A stretch of 64,000 nt of DNA from Nitrospirota bacterium (GCA_963701855.1 CAVPBK010000006.1:544001-608000); one strand, 5' to 3'. Counted from the stretch's first letter, positions 30,946 to 40,935 are shown. The notes: generated from the letters alone by a model not told the origin. Numbers and translations are program-made.

Positions 30946-32961
30946 TCAACAGCAACCCCCTCCGGGCAGCTGCAATCGCTTCTCCTCATCATGACGAATC
31001 GTCGTCCGCAATCTTCCCGGAGAACCTCCACCGGCCATCACCACCACTTCGCTGCTAGTGAACGGCCGCTTCAAGATCACATAGCCATACCACTGCCTGA
31101 TACTATCGCCCAAGACGATCACCGCGAGCAAGGCCACCACCGCCACCAGCCCCGCATCCAGATACAAGGCAAAAGCCTGCCCGCCATCGGCGAGGGACGA
31201 AGCCTTGGCCACAAACATGCCGAACATCTCATAGGACCCCATCAAAGTAATCGTGCCGATAAACAACATCGGCAACGCGGTGATCCATAGATATTGCGCC
31301 TTCCGCATCTTAATGAGCACCGTCGTTCCGATACAGAGTGCCAAGGTGCCGAGCAGCTGATTTGCCGCGCCGAACATCGGCCAGAGGGTCGAGATGCTGC
31401 CGGTGCCGATGAGATAGCCCCAAGCCCCCACGATCAGCCCACTGCTCACTGCCACGCCAGGCCACCAATTGATGCGCCGCAACGGAGGGTAGAAGCGCCC
31501 GCCCATCTCCTGGATGAGATAGCGACCCACGCGCGTACCTGTATCGATCGTCGTCAAAATAAACAACGCCTCGAACACCAGCGCAAATTGATACCAGTAG
31601 GCCATCAACCCAGCCATCCCAGGGAGCGCAGAAAAAATGGACGCCATGCCAACCGCAAGCGACACGGCCCCACCAGGCCGACCCGCTACATCCGTCTCGA
31701 CGAGTTGCGAGAGTTCTTGAATCCGTGAGACAGGAAAGCCCATCGCAGCCAACGCATCGGGCGAGAGCATCGTATTGATCGCCAGATAGTCGCCGGGGAT
31801 CAACACCGAAGCCGCGATCAACGCCATCACACCGACAAAACTTTCCAGCAACATCGCCCCATAGCCGACCGTAGCCTGGGACTCCTGCTCGATCATCTTC
31901 GGCGTGGTCCCGGAAGAGACCAGAGAGTGAAAGCCAGACACAGCCCCGCAGGCAATCGTGATAAAGAGAAAGGGAAAGAGCGTGCCGGGAATAATCGGCC
32001 CTCCTCCGCTCGCAAATATCGTGACGCGCGGCATTTCAATGGTCGGCGCCATGAGAACTACCCCCACCCCCAGCAATGCCACCACCCCAAGCTTCATAAA
32101 GGTCGAGAGATAGCCCCGTGGCACCAGCAACATCCACCCGGGCAAGACAGACGCAAGAAACCCGTAGCCGGCCAATGCCCAGACCAATGTCGCTCTTTCC
32201 AATTCGAACCAGCCAGCAATCGAAGACTGAGCCACTATCCGCCCAAAGATCACAGCCGCAACCAACAACACCACACCAAACAGAGACACTTCCGCCACCT
32301 GACCAGGCCGAAACCGTTGAAGATAGAAACCCATAATCAAGCCAATGGGAATCGTCATTGCGATCGTGAATGTGCCCCAGGCATTGCGATAGAGCGCATT
32401 CACAACGGCAAACCCCAGCCCGGCCAGTGCCACCACCACAATGAAGAGCACCGCCACCGCCGTCGCCGTGCCGGTGACAAGGCCCAGTTCATCCCGCGCA
32501 ATTTCAGGAAGAGAGCGGCCATTCCGCCGCATCGACGCAACCAGGATGATAAAGTCCTGCACCGCCCCCGCCAAGACCGCGCCGATCACCAACCAGAGAA
32601 AGCCTGGCAAAAATCCAAACTGCGCCGCCAACACCGGCCCAAGCAGCGGTCCCGCCCCGGCAATCGCCGCAAAGTGATGACCGAAGAGCACATATTTATT
32701 GGTGGGATGAAAATTGATTCCGTCATTCAACCGTATCGCCGGCGTCACCCGCTGATCGTTCAGTTCAACGACGCGCCGCGAAATCCAGCGGCCATAGAAC
32801 CGAAACGCGAGCACATAAATACAGGCCGCAGCCACGACCAACCAGAGACCATTCACTTTTTCCTGTGGATTGACGAAACCGACCACAAAGGCAAGCGCCA
32901 CCGAGCCGAGGATCGCGATCAGGCCCCAAATCAAGACGAGAAAGTGTCTCACGTGCAGCAT
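30946..32961 (-). CDS. cstA: Carbon starvation protein A family transporter
   Basis: FGHHFAAIAGAGPLLGP, IACGAVSGFH, TIDTGTR, WPMFGAANQLL. Confidence 0.95.
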   Translation of the reverse strand: MLHVRHFLVLIWGLIAILGSVALAFVVGFVNPQEKVNGLWLVVAAACIYVLAFRFYGRWISRRVVELNDQRVTPAIRLNDGINFHPTNKYVLFGHHFAAIAGAGPLLGPVLAAQFGFLPGFLWLVIGAVLAGAVQDFIILVASMRRNGRSLPEIARDELGLVTGTATAVAVLFIVVVALAGLGFAVVNALYRNAWGTFTIAMTIPIGLIMGFYLQRFRPGQVAEVSLFGVVLLVAAVIFGRIVAQSSIAGWFELERATLVWALAGYGFLASVLPGWMLLVPRGYLSTFMKLGVVALLGVGVVLMAPTIEMPRVTIFASGGGPIIPGTLFPFLFITIACGAVSGFHSLVSSGTTPKMIEQESQATVGYGAMLLESFVGVMALIAASVLIPGDYLAINTMLSPDALAAMGFPVSRIQELSQLVETDVAGRPGGAVSLAVGMASIFSALPGMAGLMAYWYQFALVFEALFILTTIDTGTRVGRYLIQEMGGRFYPPLRRINWWPGVAVSSGLIVGAWGYLIGTGSISTLWPMFGAANQLLGTLALCIGTTVLIKMRKAQYLWITALPMLFIGTITLMGSYEMFGMFVAKASSLADGGQAFALYLDAGLVAVVALLAVIVLGDSIRQWYGYVILKRPFTSSEVVVMAGGGSPGRLRTTIRHDEEKRLQLPGGGCC

Positions 32962-33007
32962 CCTAAACAACCGATATGTTGCTTGCAAATCATCGCCTGC
33001 ACCCTGG

Positions 33008-33049
33008 TTGCTTCCAGGCAGTAATGTGCTTACAATGTAGCCTCATTGT
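33008..33049 (+). promoter_or_regulatory. TA operon promoter and palindromic operator
   Basis: TTGCTT-17-TACAAT; ACAATG-N6-CATTGT overlaps the -10. Confidence 0.65.
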
Positions 33050-33059
33050 GGAGGGTCAC

Positions 33060-33311
33060 ATGAAAGCGTATATCGTTCGCATTGGCAACTCCAAAGGCAT
33101 CCGCCTACCAAAAATTCTGCTTCAAGAAGCGCAACTTGAAAACGAAGTTGAACTCCAGGCCGAACCGGGCCGGATTCTGATTTCCAGGACGGCGCAGCCT
33201 CGAACCGGCTGGGCGGAAGCGGCCCAACGCATGCGGGCACAGGGAGAAGATCGCCTCCTCGACCCGCCGACAGCAACGCAGTTTGATAAGGAAGACTGGA
33301 AGTGGCGCTAA
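33060..33311 (+). CDS. mazE: AbrB/MazE family antitoxin
   Basis: MKAYIVRIGNSKGIRLPK; GAGG RBS. Confidence 0.9.
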   Translation: MKAYIVRIGNSKGIRLPKILLQEAQLENEVELQAEPGRILISRTAQPRTGWAEAAQRMRAQGEDRLLDPPTATQFDKEDWKWR

Positions 33312-33640
33312 CGAACTCGCCACCGACCCGAGGTGACGTCTTTCTGATTGACCTCGATCCCACCCGTGGCAGCGAAATCCGAAAAACAAGACCCTGCCTG
33401 GTCGTCTCTCCGGATGAGTTGAATCAACATCTACGGACAGTGATCGTCGCACCGATGACGACCGGAGGGAAAGCCTATCCCTGGCGTGTTCGATGCCGCT
33501 TTCGCGAGCGGGCTGGCTTCGTGGCCATCGACCAACTCCGCACAGTGGATAGCACGCGACTCGTAAAACGGCTCGGACGTGTATCTCCCGGTACTCTCAC
33601 ATCCGTATTGGCCATCTTGCAGGAAATGTTCACGCCGTAA
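33302..33640 (+). CDS. mazF: PemK/MazF family endoribonuclease toxin
   Basis: RGDVFLIDLDPTRGSEIRKTRPCLVVS, DQLRTVD. Confidence 0.93.
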   Translation: MALTNSPPTRGDVFLIDLDPTRGSEIRKTRPCLVVSPDELNQHLRTVIVAPMTTGGKAYPWRVRCRFRERAGFVAIDQLRTVDSTRLVKRLGRVSPGTLTSVLAILQEMFTP

Positions 33641-33673
33641 CCCCTGCACGCGAATCACTCCCGCACCAACCGG

Positions 33674-33928
33674 TCAATACTCGGCACCATCATTCAACTG
33701 CACCGTCGGCGTCACACGCTGATCGTTCAGCTCCACCACACGCCGAGAAATCCAGCGGCCATAGAATCGAAATGCGAGCACATAAATACAAGCCGCAGCC
33801 ACGACCAGCCCGAGGCGATTCACTTTTTCCTGTGGATTGACGAAACCGACCACAAAGGCGAACGCAACCCAACCCAGAACGGTGAGGAATCCCCAAGGCA
33901 CCAGCTTTAACGCCGAAATGTGCGGCAT
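33674..33928 (-). pseudogene. Truncated duplicate of the cstA 5' end
   Basis: AFVVGFVNPQEKVN...RVVELNDQRVTP matches the CstA N-terminus; DNA ~33687-33900 parallels ~32719-32930. Confidence 0.88.
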
Positions 33929-33986
33929 CCTAGCACAAGAGAGCGGAAGAACACCCCTGTCGGTCCGTTGCTCCCGGAGCAGAGAA

Positions 33987-34113
33987 GGGGATGGAGCCTG
34001 ATGATCTTATGTGCTCGCGCAACGCGCGGCCTCCGAAGGCCCTCGTTGGACGCGCACAGTGGAAGATCAATCAGCCCCCATCCCTGAAGAGAGAACGAGC
34101 GAGCTTGGAGGGA
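33987..34113. repeat. Structured repeat family C (reverse orientation)
   Basis: Close reverse complement of 61945-62073. Confidence 0.88.
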
Positions 34114-35051
34114 ACACTGTAAAGCGGTACTTAATCGAATTCGCGCACCGAAATACATTCCTGCTATTCTCTGCGAGAAAGAGAGTGTGGTATTGAGTAG
34201 CAATGCCGAACCCTCCACCGCTTGCAACTTATATCTCCTTCAGAGCGTTCACAGGTGAGTCCTGCACACCTGATGAACTCAAAACATTCCTATCTAAATT
34301 CTTAAGAACTGAGGTTCTGTTCTTATGCGCTCTGTTGAATACAATTCTGGAAACATGGAGTGGCAAGATTCGGCGCGATGTGCATGACGATCTAATAGGC
34401 ATGGCTTTCTTGCCTGACGATGCAAACCGCCTCAAAGCCATAATATCAAAATCAACCGAGCCGGCATTCGTGTTTCACCGCCTGCAGATATTGTTCATCG
34501 CAAAGCAGGCTGTCATGAACTGTCATGACGACGGCAATGTTATTGATCCCTCGAACCATCTGCATTGGGGAGGTCTTGGCTTAGCTTTCTTAATGGCAAA
34601 CGATCTTCTTCATTTCGAATTTAATGACACGGAAAGAACTCTCCCACATTCACTGATAAGGATGGCTCACTCAATCCCAATGATGGAGTCCTCGGGAAAA
34701 ACCTCCTTGAACTACAAAGCGGGAAGGGCTTGGTTGATGCTAAAACAATTTAGCCCTTCTCCCCATAGCAAGGGTTATATCGATGTTGAGGGAGCTTTCA
34801 ACGCCGCAACTGGCCTATCCACTGAGGACTACCTATCACTTTGCGTCGGTATGGTGAGCCATTATCTTTCACTGGACTTCGAGCGCCTCAGGAAGAAAGA
34901 GGACAGCATTATGATAACCAAAGAATGGTTCACAAAAGCTGGGATCCGTCCCGTAACAGTGGATCACTTTTTTGAGGAGGTCTCCGCCTGACCCTCCCCT
35001 GATTTCATAGACACCTCCATAAGTGGGAGAATGATGAAATCGGAGGTCAGC

Positions 35052-35348
35052 ATGCCAAAAATAACGCGACGTCAGTTTACTGACGCATTCAAGTCCGAGG
35101 CAGTCCGGCTCACGCGGGAATCGGGCCGGCCGGTGGCCCAGGTGGCTCGGGAACTTGGGATTTCTGACAATGTGCTGTATCGCTGGAGGAGCGAACAGCA
35201 ACAGGTCGAATCCCAGGGCCGCACGCGCCAGGCGGTGCGGGTCGAGCAGGACGAGCTGACACGGCTCAAACGAGAAAACGAGACGCTGCGGAAGGAACGG
35301 GATTTTTTAAAACGTGCGGCGGCGTTCTTCGCGAGGGAATCCCAATGA
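35052..35348 (+). CDS. IS3 transposase OrfA (HTH + leucine zipper)
   Basis: RRQFTDAFKSEAV..VARELGI..LYRW; LKRAAAFF. GGAGG RBS before ATG 35052. Confidence 0.93.
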   Translation: MPKITRRQFTDAFKSEAVRLTRESGRPVAQVARELGISDNVLYRWRSEQQQVESQGRTRQAVRVEQDELTRLKRENETLRKERDFLKRAAAFFARESQ

Positions 35349-36208
35349 GATACCGCGCGATCCAGGAGCATGACCGTCGCTATCCGATCCGGTTGATGTG
35401 CCGCGCCCTCGCTGTATCGGCTGCGGGCTATTACGCGTGGCGCATACGGCCCGAGAGTACCCGTTCGGTGTCCGCCCGGACCGTGCTCTCGGCCATCCGG
35501 GTGATCCATCGAGAGTCCCGCGAGACCTACGGCAGTCCCAGCATCTGGGACGCCTTGATCAAGCAGGGACACCGCATCGGTGAACATCGCGTGGCCCGGT
35601 TGATGCGCCAGGACGGCATCCGTGCCAAGACCGTGAAGAAGTGGCGAGCCACGACGCAGTCCCATCATCGGTTCCCCGTGGCGGCGAACACCCTCAATCG
35701 CCAGTTCACGGTCGAGGCTCCAAATCGGGTATGGGCCGGGGACCTCACCTACGTGTGGACTACCGAGGGCTGGCTCTACCTCGCCGTCATCCTCGACCTC
35801 TACTCGCGCACCGTGATTGGCTGGGCCATGGGCACCAGGCTCATCGGAGATCTGGCCGAACGTGCCCTCATCATGGCGCTGGCGAACCGGATACCCGCGA
35901 CTGGGCTCCTGCACCATTCGGATCGCGGCAGTCAGTACGCCGCCACGAGCTACCAGCGTCTGCTCGGCGAGTATGGCATCATCACCAGCATGAGCCGCAC
36001 CGGCAACTGCTGGGACAACGCCTGTGTCGAGAGCTTCTTCGGGACACTCAAGCGCGAGCTCGTCTACCATCGGCATTACGCAACCCGTGAAGACGCGAAG
36101 CAAGACATCTTCGAGTACATTGAGGTGTTCTATAATCGGAAGCGCCGTCACTCGACCCTTGGCTATGTCTCCCCGGCCGAGTACGAAGCGAGGACGGCTG
36201 TGGCTTAA
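35345..36208 (+). CDS. IS3 transposase OrfB (DDE integrase core)
   Basis: WAGDLTY, HSDRGSQY, NCWDNACVESFF, YNRKRRHSTLG. Confidence 0.96.
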   Translation: MRYRAIQEHDRRYPIRLMCRALAVSAAGYYAWRIRPESTRSVSARTVLSAIRVIHRESRETYGSPSIWDALIKQGHRIGEHRVARLMRQDGIRAKTVKKWRATTQSHHRFPVAANTLNRQFTVEAPNRVWAGDLTYVWTTEGWLYLAVILDLYSRTVIGWAMGTRLIGDLAERALIMALANRIPATGLLHHSDRGSQYAATSYQRLLGEYGIITSMSRTGNCWDNACVESFFGTLKRELVYHRHYATREDAKQDIFEYIEVFYNRKRRHSTLGYVSPAEYEARTAVA

Positions 36209-37325
36209 CCCGGTGTCCACGGAATCGGGGGAAGGTCAGCCTTCCCCGATACGTTAGCCACTCGCTTCTCATCGAGAGACGGGGGTCCCTCCGACATGAC
36301 TTGGTTTCGCGACAAGCCTGTCTGCAGACTAAGGGAGGATGCAATATTTGCGTTGGACACGAAATGTCTTACGGAAAAACTAGATTCGGGGATTTTCTGG
36401 CGCGTGCACTCTCATTTGAAGAGTGGAAAGGACAAAGACAGCCTTCATAACTACTGGGGAATCGCATTTGAAAACTACCTCAACTGGCTCCTTGGACAGG
36501 CCTGCAGGGATAGCCGAAACAAATTCTATCCATCCCCTCATTACAAAAAGACGGGAGAGGAGGTCTGTGATGCTATCGTTGTTTGTGGCACGTCGGCCGT
36601 GTTTCTTGAATACAAAGGAAGCACATTTACTGCAACTTCAAAATACAAAGGAGATTTAAACGAACTTGCAGCAGAGATTGAAGAGAATTTGATTGGCACA
36701 GAATCGAAGCGGAAAGGTATTAGGCAATTAGCGAATGCCATCCTTGGCGTATTCGACAAGCAAACTCCTACCGTTGTCGCAGATGTTGACCTTTCAAAAG
36801 TCAGTACCATCTATCCCGTGCTCATTACACGGGACGAAATTGGCGGATGTTTTGGCATCTCGCCTTACCTAAACAAGAAAGCAGAAGCCTTCTTTTATCG
36901 GCGAAAGATCAAACCAAAAATTGTCACACCTATCTTTTGCCTTTCAAGCGAAGGGATCGAGACAATTTCAGCATATCTTCAGGATGACACTCTGTCTCAT
37001 CTTCTCCAAGGATGGTACAGGGAAGACCCAGGCCTCCATTGGTCGTTTCCCGCAGTAGAGGATTCTGTCATTGGCTCTCGTGGTTACAAGACGAACTCGG
37101 ATCTCGACACTGCATTTAACCAGGTGTTTGAGAATGCTATACGAGTCTTGTTCCCAAACTCGAAGCCTACCAGCCTCTCTTGAATTATGGAGGATAAAAG
37201 GTGCTGAGAACCATTCTTTTCATACTTGTAATCGCTCACCCCGTTTGATTCCCTTCTCGCTTAATTAAATAGTGGACAGCCAACCATGTAATAGCCGATT
37301 CTAATCGCCGGCGGGATATAAATGA

Positions 37326-37455
37326 CCCTTCTCAGGTCGCTCGCTACTCTCTCCCCAGGGGGTGGCCTCCGATTGTCCTCTACTGCGCGCGTCGGACGAG
37401 GCCCTTCCCAGGGCGCGCGTTCCGCGAGCAAAGAGGACATCGGAGGCCGCCCCCT
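37326..37455. repeat. Structured repeat family C
   Basis: Same core as 30843 and 61975 with different, pairing outer stems. Confidence 0.8.
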
Positions 37456-37516
37456 CTTCCCCCTTCTAATGGGGAATACCTTCCCCTCGTCCCGACTCCG
37501 TTAGACTCTCCCCTCC

Positions 37517-37879
37517 ATGGAACAGACCAGGCCCTACCAACGCAGCCTCTACCGCCTGACAGTCACCTGCCCAGTGATGTACTGTGTGACGTCGACGGTC
37601 GGCGAAGGAACGATTAAAAATCTTTCGGCCGTGGGATGCACGATCGAAACGGGCCAACCCCTGCTGACAGACCAGAACGTCGCATTGCGCCTGATGCTCC
37701 CCGATCATCACGAGTCGCTACCGATCGATGAAGCCTACGTGCGGTGGGTGCATGGTAATCTGGCTGGAATTGAATTTGTCGAAGTAGAACGTACCGCGAA
37801 TCTCCGGCTGCACGGTTTCGTATGGGATGGGATGGTCCAACACTTCCAGTCGATTCAACAGAAGCGCGCAACATCTTAG
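37517..37879 (+). CDS. Stand-alone PilZ domain protein
   Basis: RSLYR and NLSAVG motifs; VRWV...GIEF. Confidence 0.85.
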   Translation: MEQTRPYQRSLYRLTVTCPVMYCVTSTVGEGTIKNLSAVGCTIETGQPLLTDQNVALRLMLPDHHESLPIDEAYVRWVHGNLAGIEFVEVERTANLRLHGFVWDGMVQHFQSIQQKRATS

Positions 37880-37943
37880 CGGGCTACGGAAAAACCATTT
37901 TGGCATAACAGCGCTTGAATAGGGGCAAGGGGAGAGCTTCTCC

Positions 37944-38068
37944 GCAGGATGCTCAAAAAGTCCGTCTAGCAAGGCCGCAGCGCGTGAAGGCCCGATGCGT
38001 ACCCTTGCGGTACGTTGAGGGTCAGAACGATGCGAGAACGACTCTGGCGGACCCTTAAGGCATCCAGC
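37944..38068. repeat. Intergenic repeat family A
   Basis: Matches 30164-30288. Confidence 0.85.
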
Positions 38069-38075
38069 TAGGGAA

Positions 38076-39095
38076 TCAGGAGCCATTTCCTGTATTGTCG
38101 GTCCGGCCTTCCTGAATTGCCGCTGTCCGCCCGCCGTCGAGAGCCAGACAGAGTAAGCCTAGCCCGATCCAGACTAACTCGCGGAACCGCCGGAGCAGCG
38201 CGAAGGTGATGCCTGTGACGTCGGAATAACCAAAGGCGCTCAGCAAGAGCATGTTCCCGCCGTCTTGGGCGCCAAGGCTGCCGGGGATAAAGAAGGTGCC
38301 GCCTTTGATAAAGACAGAGAGCGCGCCGATGGAGATGGCGGAGAGGGCCATAGCAGGGCCACCCAGATAATAGATGATGACATACACTTCCAACGCTTCC
38401 GCCATCCACCCAAGAAAGAACAGCCCGGTGGAGGCATAAAAGGCCGGACGGTTGTCGCGATAGAAGGTTAAGATCGTTCGATCCAATGACCGTAACTTTT
38501 CCTCACGCGCTTCGAGATAGGCAATCTTCAACCCGACCTTCCGCAGAAATCCCAAGAGCCACGTAAAGAGTCCCTGCCGCTGCACGAACACGAATGCTGC
38601 AGTTCCGAAGGCCAGCAACCCCACACTCACAAGTGCCGCGGCCACGATGTGACCGGATGAATTGTTCCCGCCTAACAGCCACACACCCGATGCAATGCCG
38701 AGCAAAATAAAGAGCACCTCGGCAATCGTCATCGTTGTTTTCGCAATAATGACCGAGGCAAGCCCCTCGACCATCGGCACATGGTGTTTCTTGAGGAGAT
38801 AGGCCTTGAGCGGTTCGCCCCCGGCGTAGGCGGTCGGGGTCGTCATGTTCACCACTTCACCAGCAGTCCGAATTGCGAGCACACGCCAGAACGGAATACC
38901 CTTCGCCGACGGCCCCAACGTGACTTTCCACCCGTACGCTTCGACGACATACATGATGAGGGAGGGAATCAGCAGGACAAGGAGCGCGACCGGCCCAAGT
39001 TGCGCCGCTGCATCGTAAATTTGCCCGGGGCCAATATGCCAAACGATAAGAAGGAGGGTGAGGAGACCGACAACGAGTAGGAAAAGTTTTAGCAC
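38076..39095 (-). CDS. Lysylphosphatidylglycerol synthase TM / flippase-like membrane protein (HpnL/YbhN-like)
   Basis: NMTTPTAYAGGEPLKAYLL, IPGSLGAQDG, LLRRFRE; polytopic membrane protein. Confidence 0.8.
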   Translation of the reverse strand: MLKLFLLVVGLLTLLLIVWHIGPGQIYDAAAQLGPVALLVLLIPSLIMYVVEAYGWKVTLGPSAKGIPFWRVLAIRTAGEVVNMTTPTAYAGGEPLKAYLLKKHHVPMVEGLASVIIAKTTMTIAEVLFILLGIASGVWLLGGNNSSGHIVAAALVSVGLLAFGTAAFVFVQRQGLFTWLLGFLRKVGLKIAYLEAREEKLRSLDRTILTFYRDNRPAFYASTGLFFLGWMAEALEVYVIIYYLGGPAMALSAISIGALSVFIKGGTFFIPGSLGAQDGGNMLLLSAFGYSDVTGITFALLRRFRELVWIGLGLLCLALDGGRTAAIQEGRTDNTGNGS

Positions 39096-39221
39096 GCTAG
39101 GCTAGAAACCCACGGTGAGAACAAGCAGAGTAGGTTATAGGGGAACGTATCGTTATCTCCACTCCTTCAGCAAGAGAGCGCTTTAATGGCCTACACGTCT
39201 GGGACAAAAGGCGTATACGCT

Positions 39222-39405
39222 GCAGGATGCTCAAAAAAGGCCGTCCAGCAAGGCCGCAGCGAGCGAAGAGGCGAGGAGGTACCAACCACACTTTGTGTGG
39301 CCGTTCGCCCGTAGCATGGGTCTTGGCGAACGGAAAATACCCTCCAGTACTTCCGAGCCTCTGAGCGATGCGAGAACGACGCTGGCGGACTTTTTCAGCA
39401 TCCTG
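39222..39405. repeat. Intergenic repeat family A with inserted hairpins
   Basis: Same terminal IR and GCAAGGCCGCAG...TGCGAGAAC core; extra central hairpins. Confidence 0.85.
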
Positions 39406-40833
39406 TTAAGCACGGGTCCTGGCGGACGGTCTGATGACCCAGAGCATCAGGAGCGAGAACACCACAGATCCGGTCGCGGCCAGACCGAGAAACCAATCGA
39501 GCTTGCCGATCACAGCGAACACCAGCACGACGACGGAAAAATCCCGGCTCGCGACGTTCTTAAGCATGAAGTCCGACCAAGCAGCCTGCACCGGTGTCTT
39601 CCATCCATTCGAAGACTTGATCCTTTGCGCACGAGTGACGAGCCAAAATGAGAGCCCATTTCCAAGGACCGCTGCCGCACCCAGAGCAAGAGGAACCCAG
39701 GCATAATCGGTTCCAGCCATACGCAGGTAGGAGCCCGTGGCAATGCCGGCAAAGATCGCCATGTGCACCACGTTGTCCATTGTGATATCGAGCCAGGCCC
39801 CGAACGGCGATTCGGTAAACGTCAGCCTGGCCACTTCCCCGTCACAGCAATCGATGACCGCCGCCAGTTGGAACAACAACGCGGCCATGATGCCCGCGCT
39901 GTAGGTCCCGACGCCAAAACCGGCGGCCGCGGCCAACCCAACCAGGGTCGCCAGGATCGTGATGACATTTGGCGAGAAGCCTGCGGCGAGAAAGATACGC
40001 GTGAACCAGCGGGAGACCTTCCGATTGAAGTACCGGTCGACGAAACCCTCGAACTCGCTTTTGAGGGAATTGAACAGCTTCCTCTCAGCGGCCTTGACAT
40101 CGACAGCATCTCTCACGTCCTGATACCAGTGGGAGCGGTTCGTCTCCGTAGATATCACCCGCACATGCCCGTCCACCGCAGCCCGCTCGAGCCATGGACG
40201 AATCGGCAACGTACCGGTTTCCACATCGACTTGGCCGACAGTGCGCATAAAGCCGGATGGAACTACCACCAGATCTGTCGCTACCAACGCTGCGTCGTCC
40301 TGTTTCGATGTGATCGAGAGGAGTCGTCCTGCCTGCACCTTCATACGCACACTCGACCGTCGTGACTGTCGGTCTCGCTCGCTATCGGCTCGTGCCACGA
40401 CGATCGCCTGGCCCTCTTGCACCTCATGGCGCAGGCTCTCGATCAAGGGGCCAGCAAACACCCCCTGTACGCCGGACAGGAGACAGAAGCCGCGAATTTC
40501 AGAGGCCAGCGCCTCCCATGTGCGTGGATCATCCAACGGAAACTCACGAATCGGCAACCAGCGCACAGGAATTGTCACGCGTGAACCTTTGCTCAACGCC
40601 TGTTTGAGCTGATCTTCCTCTGGCCCGACCAACACCATAAGCTGTCGAATACCGGCGCGCTGCAGTGTCAACACCGTCCGCTGAAACAGGCCTATGCCCA
40701 CCACGCTGGTGAGCGGACCCACCTCCCCGGCGTACAATCCAGCCGGCTCACCGAACAGACTCACTGACGGCAAGAGAATCGCCGTGTTTAATCCCTGGAG
40801 GCCTGTCTGCTTCTGAACTGTGCTCTCGCTCAT
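39406..40833 (-). CDS. Fusion of a degenerate nucleotidyltransferase-like domain and a CDP-alcohol phosphotransferase
   Basis: C-terminal DCCDGEVAR...GAWLDITMD signature; N-terminus resembles an NTP-transferase but lacks GxGxR. Confidence 0.82.
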   Translation of the reverse strand: MSESTVQKQTGLQGLNTAILLPSVSLFGEPAGLYAGEVGPLTSVVGIGLFQRTVLTLQRAGIRQLMVLVGPEEDQLKQALSKGSRVTIPVRWLPIREFPLDDPRTWEALASEIRGFCLLSGVQGVFAGPLIESLRHEVQEGQAIVVARADSERDRQSRRSSVRMKVQAGRLLSITSKQDDAALVATDLVVVPSGFMRTVGQVDVETGTLPIRPWLERAAVDGHVRVISTETNRSHWYQDVRDAVDVKAAERKLFNSLKSEFEGFVDRYFNRKVSRWFTRIFLAAGFSPNVITILATLVGLAAAAGFGVGTYSAGIMAALLFQLAAVIDCCDGEVARLTFTESPFGAWLDITMDNVVHMAIFAGIATGSYLRMAGTDYAWVPLALGAAAVLGNGLSFWLVTRAQRIKSSNGWKTPVQAAWSDFMLKNVASRDFSVVVLVFAVIGKLDWFLGLAATGSVVFSLLMLWVIRPSARTRA

Positions 40834-40935
40834 GATCGGACGATCCTTCGTATTCGGGGGAAGGGCTATTCCAAATCACCCCGCCATCCTAACCGCCAGT
40901 ACCCCGTTTACCCCGATACTCCACTATCCCCGCTG

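Larger units (their letters stand above)
34989..36238 (+). mobile_element. IS3-family insertion sequence, apparently intact
   Basis: TG...CA ends; imperfect IR TGACCCTCCCCTGATTTCATAGACACC / GGTGTCCACGGAATCGGGGGAAGGTCA; 3-bp target duplication GCC at 34986-34988 and 36239-36241. Confidence 0.95.
34203..37183 (+). pseudogene. AT-rich ~575-aa protein with C-terminal PD-(D/E)XK/NERD-like domain, interrupted by an IS3-family element
   Basis: Removing the IS and one GCC joins 34203-34988 in frame to 36242-37183; motif GIAFENY...CDAIVVCGTSAVFLEYKG. Confidence 0.8.

Noticed and set aside
30843..30948. Selenocysteine read-through at the cstA TGA followed by a hairpin
   Set aside because: The hairpin is a family C repeat also found away from TGA codons; the CC pair is already complete.
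31927..33024. 365-aa plus-strand ORF
   Set aside because: Antisense shadow of cstA with His/Arg/Gln-rich composition.
35072..36220. 382-aa antisense ORF in the IS
   Set aside because: Typical shadow frame of IS3 transposases.
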